A stretch of DNA of 64,000 nt from Trypanosoma brucei (taxonomy: Eukaryota): positions 320,001 through 384,000 of the forward strand of contig CP000069.1 of NCBI GenBank assembly GCA_000002445.1, given 5' to 3'. The stretch's first letter is position 1. The number at the start of each line of letters is the position of its first letter. Both the position numbers and the translations under genes were made by a program. Of the stretch, positions 10,461 through 18,864 are shown piece by piece. The notes under the pieces were generated by a model that was not told where the DNA came from, ran no database searches, and worked only from the letters and a program-made list of their open reading frames with translations.

Positions 10461-13400
10461 ATGTACAAGCACTCACCTGTCATTACTGCTATGTCACTGC
10501 TACACTTGTTGCCTTTGCTACTCATGTGGATGCCACCTGTGTGCGCGGATGACAGTGCTGTGACGGTAAATGTGCTATCCATGATGTACAATTCGGAATA
10601 TTACGTTGAGAAAGTGAACGCCATCAATGCCGGCTTTGACGCATCACTGAGTGCCCACGGTTGGAAGACGGGCTCCGGTGCGACAATATCTGTCATCCGT
10701 CCCCCATCGTACAACACCACAGCTGAGGACATATTTCAGCTGGGGGCGAAACAAAGTGAAGGGAAGTTATTAGTTGTATTTGGGCCCCTGGGTACTGACC
10801 CTGTCGTTTGGGTTCGTGATAAACTAAAGGAAAATGATCTTGTTGCCATCGCTCCTATTGCGTACTCCGGTGAGGTCCGTGGTTGGAACCCTCACCTCTA
10901 TTCAATAAGTGTCGAACCCGATGCTGAGCTCCTCGCCCTCATTCGATACGCTGTTGTTTATCTGGGTCTGCCGCGTGTAGGTTTGATGTATGCGAAGGGT
11001 AATGGGTTTGACAAGGAGTCATATGAGTTTACCATGCGAATAATGGAAATGATGGGCCGCAAGCCATGTGGAGTGTTCGCTGTGGAGAGCAGTGGGGGTC
11101 GGGACGTCTTGGAGGGTGAATTGAATACCAAGTGGGGGCAATTTGTTGCTACACGTCCGCAGGCTGTACTGCTATTTTCGTCAATCGCGGATGATACCAC
11201 CGGGTGGTTTGTCAAGAAGATAGCACAGGACAACCGCACTGTGGACATGTACCTGCTCGCCCCTTCCAGTTTTCAACATTTTCTGATCAAAACATGGAGC
11301 GATGCGCTGGTGTCACTTAATCGTACGTTCACTCCTGGACAGCTGATCACAACTGGAACAGTGCCACTCGCTAGTGACAATCGGTCCTCGATGGTTCGGC
11401 ACTTCCAGCGTGACATGGACAATTACCTGGATACAAACAGTGACTGGAAGGGCTTTGCGAAACCTGAACATTACCTTAAGGACGACAAATTAGGGGAGAT
11501 GATGGTGTTTGGATGGCTTGCGGGAGAAGTTCTGTTTGGGGCCCTAAACAACGCTCCACAACTGACAAACCGTACTTCATTCATGGAATCTCTGTACAAG
11601 CAGCGTCGCTACGTGATTGATGACTTTGTGGTTGGTGACTTTGGTGGTGAGTGCGATGAGGGCGCTGCATTACAGGGTGCCATGTGTAATTGCAATCAAG
11701 GTGGCAGCATGGCGCATATGAGAGTTGTTGATGACAGCCTCAGTTTGAAGCCTATGAAGAAAGGCTCTGTGACGTGGAGTGTATCGGAGTGCTCAAGTGC
11801 TAATGTGCGGGTGAGCGCACCGTTAATCGGACTGTATGTAGTCCTTACGGATGATAAAGTTGCACAACGTGCGAGCATGAGGTGGTCGTTGGGCGCTCGG
11901 AGCCTCGAGGAAGCGGATGATGTTGATAAGAGAATATTTTTCCATTCCTTAAAGGTTAATTTGAAAAATTTAACGCAATCACTTGAACAAGTAAGGGACA
12001 CGAAGGCTGTAGCTGCAGTTCTTGGTGTTGTTACCGCTGATATTCTGAGCGTGCCGAATATGACTTTCATTGGCCCTATTCCACTGTTCCCCCGGTTGAA
12101 CAAGTTCTGGAGAAACGTGATCCATCTGCAACCGCTACTTGCGCAGCAGCTATATGTGCTTGCTGTATACCTCTCCAACACCTCTTCCATGGGAGTGAAG
12201 GCGCTTGTTCGCGGGGGTGAAGCATCTGAGGTTGTAGACACGCTTGATAAGTCATTGGTTACGTTTGGTGTGTCGCTTGATTCCAGTAAGACACTTGGTG
12301 ATGATGACCCAATGTCGTCATATCTCTCGGGTAATGGAGATGTGTTTTGTATTGGACTCACTCCCCCTGACGTTGCTGCGGTTGCGCGGCACCTTCAGAC
12401 CCACCGCAGGGCCCGTGTATTCGTTCCATTCAATGACATTTTGTTGTTTTACCAGGAGTTTGTGGCTGCATTTAATGCGAGTAAAGAGTCTATTGCCAGC
12501 TCAGAGCGGCTCCTATTCGCGACGAGTTTCCCACACTGGGCGGAGAAGAACACGAAATCAGATATGGTTGCGAGATTTCATCGCCATGTAAATGAATCGC
12601 ATTGGGATCCACTAACGTTCCTGGGCTTTGCTACCACTCGGTTGCTTCAGGTTGTTATCTCCAATATGAGGAAGGTGAATGCAGAGCTGCTGGCAGACCG
12701 CATTTACACGGAGTCCAACATCAGAGTGGATGACGTGCGATTTGGACCCTTCAGTGATGCGGAATGTGTTTCTGGTACGAGTGTTTCGGCAAATGAGTGT
12801 GCCTCAAACTTTGGAGCCACAAACATTTCTGTATGGTCGATGGCGCGTGTGCTGAATTCAAGCTTGCCCAGAACACAGGTTGGGATGACACCGTCTATGG
12901 ACTATGTTATTCCGCAAGAGGGTCAACTAACACAGTCACAGATAGCTGGAATAATTTCTGGGTGTGTATCCGCCTTGTTATTATTTATTGCCCTTGGTGT
13001 GTTCCTACACATCTCCCTGCGGAACGCTCGTAACAACAACCGTGCACCCAAGGAACCAACGGACCCCGTGACACTAATATTTACTGACATTGAGAGCAGC
13101 ACTGCGTTGTGGGCTGCACACCCTGATCTGATGCCCGATGCCGTCGCCGCGCATCATCGTATGGTCCGTTCACTGATTGGGAGGTATAAGTGCTACGAAG
13201 TTAAAACTGTTGGGGATTCGTTCATGATAGCGAGTAAGAGTCCTTTGGCTGCCGTCCAACTCGCACAGGAATTACAACTGTGTTTCTTGCATCATGACTG
13301 GGGAACAAATGCAGTTGATGATTCTTACCGTGAGTTTGAGGAGCAGCGTGCGGAGGGAGAATGTGAGTACACACCACCAACCGCGCATATGGATCCTGAA

Positions 13401-14096
13401 GTGTACAGTCGTTTGTGGAATGGCCTGCGTGTACGTGTTGGAATCCACACCGGGTTGTGCGACATCCGACACGATGAAGTGACGAAGGGATATGACTACT
13501 ATGGGCGGACTCCAAACATGGCAGCAAGGACAGAGAGTGTAGCAAATGGTGGTCAGGTGCTGATGACGCATGCGGCGTACATGTCGCTGTCAGCTGAGGA
13601 TCGTAAGCAAATTGATGTCACTGCACTTGGTGCTGTCGCACTTCGCGGTGTGAGTGATCCGGTTAAGATGTACCAGCTGAATACCGTGCCTAGTCGTAAC
13701 TTTGCTGCATTACGGCTGGACCGCGAATACTTTTTTGATGAGGGCGAGGATGGCACGACAACCTCCACGAGCGACCACAGTTCTTCACGTGCGGAGCTGA
13801 GTGAATCAGCTCAGATAATTGCAACTGCACTACAGTCGCTGTTAAGCACGTTCAAGACAGCGCATCGTGAGAAGTTGTTGCTGCCGTATTGTGAGCGTTG
13901 GCGTGTGCCTCTTCCCCGTAAAGCTGCATCCGAGTGGGATGACGCCTACTGTGAGGAAGTGGTGCGTCGCATTGCAGTTAAGGTTGGGCGCGTCGCTGAC
14001 CATGGCGCTCATAGTGGAAGTGAGTCGTCAAGTACGCAAGGCAGTTCATCAATTATTATCGTCCCCTTTTACGACATGCACCTTCAGGAATACTAA
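10461..14096 (+). CDS. GRESAG4: Receptor-type adenylate cyclase (GRESAG4-like), tandem copy 3 (mosaic variant)
   Basis: The maximal ORF is 10272-14096 (1274 aa). A replaced patch at 11939-11996 (RIFFHSLKVNLKNLTQSLEQV instead of RIFFYPLYAESGNAAKTFEKI) and a second patch at 11728-11770 (VVDDSLSLKPMKKGS) distinguish it from its neighbours. Confidence 0.85.
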   Translation: MYKHSPVITAMSLLHLLPLLLMWMPPVCADDSAVTVNVLSMMYNSEYYVEKVNAINAGFDASLSAHGWKTGSGATISVIRPPSYNTTAEDIFQLGAKQSEGKLLVVFGPLGTDPVVWVRDKLKENDLVAIAPIAYSGEVRGWNPHLYSISVEPDAELLALIRYAVVYLGLPRVGLMYAKGNGFDKESYEFTMRIMEMMGRKPCGVFAVESSGGRDVLEGELNTKWGQFVATRPQAVLLFSSIADDTTGWFVKKIAQDNRTVDMYLLAPSSFQHFLIKTWSDALVSLNRTFTPGQLITTGTVPLASDNRSSMVRHFQRDMDNYLDTNSDWKGFAKPEHYLKDDKLGEMMVFGWLAGEVLFGALNNAPQLTNRTSFMESLYKQRRYVIDDFVVGDFGGECDEGAALQGAMCNCNQGGSMAHMRVVDDSLSLKPMKKGSVTWSVSECSSANVRVSAPLIGLYVVLTDDKVAQRASMRWSLGARSLEEADDVDKRIFFHSLKVNLKNLTQSLEQVRDTKAVAAVLGVVTADILSVPNMTFIGPIPLFPRLNKFWRNVIHLQPLLAQQLYVLAVYLSNTSSMGVKALVRGGEASEVVDTLDKSLVTFGVSLDSSKTLGDDDPMSSYLSGNGDVFCIGLTPPDVAAVARHLQTHRRARVFVPFNDILLFYQEFVAAFNASKESIASSERLLFATSFPHWAEKNTKSDMVARFHRHVNESHWDPLTFLGFATTRLLQVVISNMRKVNAELLADRIYTESNIRVDDVRFGPFSDAECVSGTSVSANECASNFGATNISVWSMARVLNSSLPRTQVGMTPSMDYVIPQEGQLTQSQIAGIISGCVSALLLFIALGVFLHISLRNARNNNRAPKEPTDPVTLIFTDIESSTALWAAHPDLMPDAVAAHHRMVRSLIGRYKCYEVKTVGDSFMIASKSPLAAVQLAQELQLCFLHHDWGTNAVDDSYREFEEQRAEGECEYTPPTAHMDPEVYSRLWNGLRVRVGIHTGLCDIRHDEVTKGYDYYGRTPNMAARTESVANGGQVLMTHAAYMSLSAEDRKQIDVTALGAVALRGVSDPVKMYQLNTVPSRNFAALRLDREYFFDEGEDGTTTSTSDHSSSRAELSESAQIIATALQSLLSTFKTAHREKLLLPYCERWRVPLPRKAASEWDDAYCEEVVRRIAVKVGRVADHGAHSGSESSSTQGSSSIIIVPFYDMHLQEY

Positions 14097-15219
14097 CCTT
14101 GTCATTGATGATATTCGTAGAGTAGCAGTAACACACCGGATTTCTGTTGGGTCGCCATTATTACGATGAAGCCGTTGCCCATCGGCCGATGGCTCGCAAT
14201 GTAAATGAATGTTATATGCATTAATAGTGCCAGCGTTTAGTGACGTTCATGCTTATTTCAACAATATGTTTATTTTTTTTTAACTCTTGTTTTTATTTTC
14301 TTACATATCAAATCTTCCAGTGGTAATTCTTCCCTTGTATGCCAACAGGAGTGCGTAGACCTGCATTATCTTTTAAAAAATACATATTACCTTCTTACGT
14401 GTTAACTTTGTGAAACATAACCTATGCGACATGATCTTTTCGAATGATGGATATGCAAATGACTCTGCCCCAATGCCATGTGTCATGCTGTCCAGCACTC
14501 AGTGTTGGTGGTGACTTTATGAGCACCGCTTTAACTATTGTTTGGCAGTGCATTCCTTGTTTTTATGAAGTCAGGTTGATGCGCAGTGGTTGCCGTTATT
14601 TCTTTCCTTTGTAAATATACATAAATATATGCATATTTCAGTATTTAAATACGTATGCTTACCTTGTTTGAGGTTCTATCATATTTGAAAAACATTTTTT
14701 TTATTTTTGTTTTGTCTACCTCACTTTAATGCTATATTTATCCACTACGGCACAGCAGGTGGCACCTTCCTCACACAGTCCCATGGAGGTTTATTTGCGA
14801 TTGCCCAGGAGGTGGAACAGGAGGGGGAATATGGGAGTTAGGCGATGCGTCACAATTGCACTTTGCCGCTCTTACGGTGAGTTAACCGAATATTCTTTCG
14901 TGTGTGAACCGTAGTATTTCCACCCTCCCAGGGTTGAGGGTTTAATATTTTGATTATGTCGCGATTGGTGACTTTCTATTTCTGTCCAATACGTCGCCGG
15001 GCATGATCTGCATATGTATTAAGCGCGCCGATGCCACTTTACTGGTTTCTATTTTCCCTCTTTGATATTCTTCTCGAAGACACAAGATTTCACATACGAA
15101 TAATACCACACATTACCGAAAATATGTGCCGGCAGGAAGGTGGCGGAAGAGGATGTGTGTACCCTCATGGAAACTGCAGGCGGAACCTTACCGCAAGGAG
15201 CCCTGCAAGGCGTTACAGC

Positions 15220-18200
15220 ATGTACAAGCACTTACCTGTCATTACTGCTATATCACTGCTACACTTGTTGCCTTTGCTACTCATGTGGATGCCACCTGTG
15301 TGCGCGGATGACAGTGCTGTGACGGTAAATGTGCTATCCATGATGTACAATTCGGAATATTACGTTGAGAAAGTGAACGCCATCAATGCCGGCTTTGACG
15401 CATCACTGAGTGCCCACGGTTGGAAGACGGGCTCCGGTGCGACAATATCTGTCATCCGTCCCCCATCGTACAACACCACAGCTGAGGACATATTTCAGCT
15501 GGGGGCGAAACAAAGTGAAGGGAAGTTATTAGTTGTATTCGGGCCCCTGGGTACTGACCCTGTCGTTTGGGTTCGTGATAAACTAAAGGAAAATGATCTT
15601 GTTGCCATCGCTCCTATTGCGTACTCCAGTGAGGTCCGTGGTTTTAATCCCCACCTCTATTCAATAAGTGTCGAACCCAATGCTGAGCTCCTCGCCCTCA
15701 TTCGATACGCTGTTGTTTATCTGGGTCTGCCGCGTGTGGGTTTGATGTATGCGAAGGGTAATGGGTTTGACAAGGAGTCATATGAGTTTACCATGCGAAT
15801 AATGGAAATGATGGGCCGCAAGCCATGTGGAGTGTTCGCTGTGGAGAGCAGTGGGGGTCGGGACGTCTTGGAGGGTGAATTGAATACCAAGTGGGGGCAA
15901 TTTGTTGCTACACGTCCGCAGGCTGTACTGCTATTTTCGTCAATCGCGGATGATACCACCGGGTGGTTTGTCAAGAAGATAGCACAGGACAACCGCACTG
16001 TGGACATGTACCTGCTCGCCCCTTCCAGTTTTCAACATTTTCTGATCAAAACATGGAGCGATGCGCTGGTGTCACTTAATCGTACGTTCACTCCTGGACA
16101 GCTGATCACAACTGGAACAGTGCCACTCGCTAGTGACAATCGGTCCTCGATGGTTCGGCACTTCCAGCGTGACATGGACAATTACCTGGATACAAACAGT
16201 GACTGGAAGGGCTTTGCGAAACCTGAACATTACCTTAAGGACGACAAATTAGGGGAGATGATGGTGTTTGGATGGCTTGCGGGAGAAGTTCTGTTTGAGG
16301 CCCTAAACAACGCTCCACAACTGACAAACCGTACTTCATTCATGGAATCTCTGTACAAGCAGCGTCGCTACGTGATTGATGACTTTGTGGTTGGTGACTT
16401 TGGTGGTGAGTGCGATGAGGGCGCTGCATTACAGGGTGCCATGTGTAATTGCAATCAAGGTGGCAGCATGGCGCATATGAGAGTTGTTGATGACAGCCTC
16501 AGTTTGAAGCCTATGAACAGCGCCTCTGTGACGTGGAGTGTATCGGAGTGCTCAAGTGCTAATGTGCGGGTGAGCGCACCGTTAATCGGACTGTATGTAG
16601 TCCTTACGGATGATAAAGTTGCACAACGTGCGAGCATGAGGTGGTCGTTGGGCGCTCGGAGCCTCGAGGAAGCGGATGATGTTGATAAGAGAATATTTTT
16701 TTACCCACTATACGCAGAGTCAGGAAATGCAGCGAAGACTTTTGAAAAAATTCGCGACACGAAGGCTGTAGCTGCAGTTCTTGGTGTTGTTACCGCTGAT
16801 ATTCTGAGCGTGCCGAATATGACTTTCATTGGTACTCTTCCCCTGTCCCCCCGGTTGAACAAGTTCTGGAGAAACGTGATCCATCTGCAACCGCTACTTG
16901 CGCAGCAGCTATATGTGCTTGCTGTATACCTCTCCAACACCTCTTCCATGGGAGTGAAGGCGCTTGTTCGCGGGGGTGAAGCATCTGAGGTTGTAGACAC
17001 GCTTGATAAGTCATTGGTTACGTTTGGTGTGTCGCTTGATTCCAGTAAGACACTTGGTGATGATGACCCAATGTCGTCATATCTCTCGGGTAATGGAGAT
17101 GTGTTTTGTATTGGACTCACTCCCCCTGACGTTGCTGCGGTTGCGCGGCACCTTCAGACCCACCTCAGGGCCCGTGTATTCGTTCCATTCAATGACATTT
17201 TGTTGTTTTACCAGGAGTTTGTGGCTGCATTTAATGCGAGTAAAGAGTCTATTGCCAGCTCAGAGCGGCTCCTATTCGCGACGAGTTTCCCACACTGGGC
17301 GGAGAAGAACACGAAATCAGATATGGTTGCGAGATTTCATCGCCATGTAAATGAATCGCATTGGGATCCACTAACGTTCCTGGGCTTTGCTACCACTCGG
17401 CTGCTTCAGGTTGTTATCTCCAATATGAGGAAGGTGAATGCAGAGCTGCTGGCAGACCGCATTTACACGGAGTCCAACATCAGAGTGGATGACGTGCGAT
17501 TTGGACCCTTCAGTGATGCGGAATGTGTTTCTGGTACGAGTGTTTCGGCAAATGAGTGTGCCTCAAACTTTGGAGCCACAAACATTTCTGTATGGTCGAT
17601 GGCGCGTGTGCTGAATTCAAGCTTGCCCAGAACACAGGTTGGGATGACACCGTCTATGGACTATGTTATTCCGCGAGAGGGTCAACTCACACAGTCACAG
17701 ATAGCTGGAATAATTTCTGGGTGTGTATCCGCCTTGTTATTATTTATTGCCCTTGGTGTGTTCCTACACATCTCCCTGCGGAACGCTCGTAACAACAACC
17801 GTGCACCCAAGGAACCAACGGACCCCGTGACACTAATATTTACTGACATTGAGAGCAGCACTGCGTTGTGGGCTGCACACCCTGATCTGATGCCCGATGC
17901 CGTCGCCGCGCATCATCGTATGGTCCGTTCACTGATTGGGAGGTATAACTGCTACGAAGTCAAAACTGTTGGGGATTCGTTCATGATAGCGAGTAAGAGT
18001 CCTTTCGCTGCCGTCCAACTCGCACAGGAATTACAACTGTGTTTCTTGCATCATGACTGGGGAACAAATGCAGTTGATGATTCTTACCGTGAGTTTGAGG
18101 AGCAGCGTGCGGAGGGAGAATGTGAGTACACACCACCAACCGCGCATATGGATCCTGAAGTGTACAGTCGTTTGTGGAATGGCCTGCGTGTACGTGTTGG

Positions 18201-18864
18201 AATCCACACCGGGTTGTGCGACATCCGACACGATGAAGTGACGAAGGGATATGACTACTATGGGCGGACTCCAAACATGGCAGCAAGGACGGAGAGTGTA
18301 GCAAATGGTGGTCAGGTGCTGATGACGCATGCGGCGTACATGTCGCTGTCAGCTGAGGATCGTAAGCAAATTGATGTCACTGCACTTGGTGCTGTCGCAC
18401 TTCGCGGTGTGAGTGATCCGGTTAAGATGTACCAGCTGAATACCGTGCCTAGTCGTAACTTTGCTGCATTGCGGCTGGACCGCGAATACTTTTTTGATGA
18501 GGGCGAGGATGGCACGACAACCTCCACAAGCGACCACAGTTCTTCACGTGCGGAGCTGAGTGAATCAGCTCAGATAATTGCAACTGCACTACAGTCGCTG
18601 TTAAGCACGTTCAAGACAGCGCATCGTGAGAAGTTGTTGCTGCCGTATTGTGAGCGTTGGCGTGTGCCTCTTCCCCGTAAAGCCGCATCCGAGTGGGATG
18701 ACGCCTACTGTGAGGAAGTGGTGCGTCGCATTGCAGTTAAGGTTGGGCGTGTCGCTGACCATGGCGCTCATAGTGGAAGTGAGTCGTCAAGTACGCAAGG
18801 CAGTTCATCAATTATTATCGTCCCCTTTTACGACCCTTGCTACCGTGAAATGTGTTCTTTTTAA
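15220..18864 (+). CDS. GRESAG4: Receptor-type adenylate cyclase (GRESAG4-like), tandem copy 4 (last copy, altered C-terminus)
   Basis: The maximal ORF is 15031-18864 (1277 aa). It is identical to the others until ~18829, then ends ...VPFYDPCYREMCSF instead of ...VPFYDMHLQEY. Unique substitutions are SSEVRGFNPH and GTLPLSPR. Confidence 0.85.
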   Translation: MYKHLPVITAISLLHLLPLLLMWMPPVCADDSAVTVNVLSMMYNSEYYVEKVNAINAGFDASLSAHGWKTGSGATISVIRPPSYNTTAEDIFQLGAKQSEGKLLVVFGPLGTDPVVWVRDKLKENDLVAIAPIAYSSEVRGFNPHLYSISVEPNAELLALIRYAVVYLGLPRVGLMYAKGNGFDKESYEFTMRIMEMMGRKPCGVFAVESSGGRDVLEGELNTKWGQFVATRPQAVLLFSSIADDTTGWFVKKIAQDNRTVDMYLLAPSSFQHFLIKTWSDALVSLNRTFTPGQLITTGTVPLASDNRSSMVRHFQRDMDNYLDTNSDWKGFAKPEHYLKDDKLGEMMVFGWLAGEVLFEALNNAPQLTNRTSFMESLYKQRRYVIDDFVVGDFGGECDEGAALQGAMCNCNQGGSMAHMRVVDDSLSLKPMNSASVTWSVSECSSANVRVSAPLIGLYVVLTDDKVAQRASMRWSLGARSLEEADDVDKRIFFYPLYAESGNAAKTFEKIRDTKAVAAVLGVVTADILSVPNMTFIGTLPLSPRLNKFWRNVIHLQPLLAQQLYVLAVYLSNTSSMGVKALVRGGEASEVVDTLDKSLVTFGVSLDSSKTLGDDDPMSSYLSGNGDVFCIGLTPPDVAAVARHLQTHLRARVFVPFNDILLFYQEFVAAFNASKESIASSERLLFATSFPHWAEKNTKSDMVARFHRHVNESHWDPLTFLGFATTRLLQVVISNMRKVNAELLADRIYTESNIRVDDVRFGPFSDAECVSGTSVSANECASNFGATNISVWSMARVLNSSLPRTQVGMTPSMDYVIPREGQLTQSQIAGIISGCVSALLLFIALGVFLHISLRNARNNNRAPKEPTDPVTLIFTDIESSTALWAAHPDLMPDAVAAHHRMVRSLIGRYNCYEVKTVGDSFMIASKSPFAAVQLAQELQLCFLHHDWGTNAVDDSYREFEEQRAEGECEYTPPTAHMDPEVYSRLWNGLRVRVGIHTGLCDIRHDEVTKGYDYYGRTPNMAARTESVANGGQVLMTHAAYMSLSAEDRKQIDVTALGAVALRGVSDPVKMYQLNTVPSRNFAALRLDREYFFDEGEDGTTTSTSDHSSSRAELSESAQIIATALQSLLSTFKTAHREKLLLPYCERWRVPLPRKAASEWDDAYCEEVVRRIAVKVGRVADHGAHSGSESSSTQGSSSIIIVPFYDPCYREMCSF

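Larger units (their letters stand above)
1..18829. repeat. Tandem gene array of four complete ~4754-bp units plus a partial start; the array extends beyond the window's left edge
   Basis: Window positions 1-60 match 4755-4814. The ORFs at 764, 5518, 10272 and 15031 are spaced 4754/4754/4759 bp apart. Units are >98% identical, with scattered substitutions and two short divergent patches in unit 3. Homology ends at ~18829, inside the last five codons of copy 4. Confidence 0.95.

Noticed and set aside
11696-12361. A 221-aa antisense ORF unique to cyclase copy 3
   Set aside because: It arises because the replacement patch in copy 3 removes an antisense stop codon. The peptide is low-complexity, and the region is already occupied by the sense cyclase CDS.
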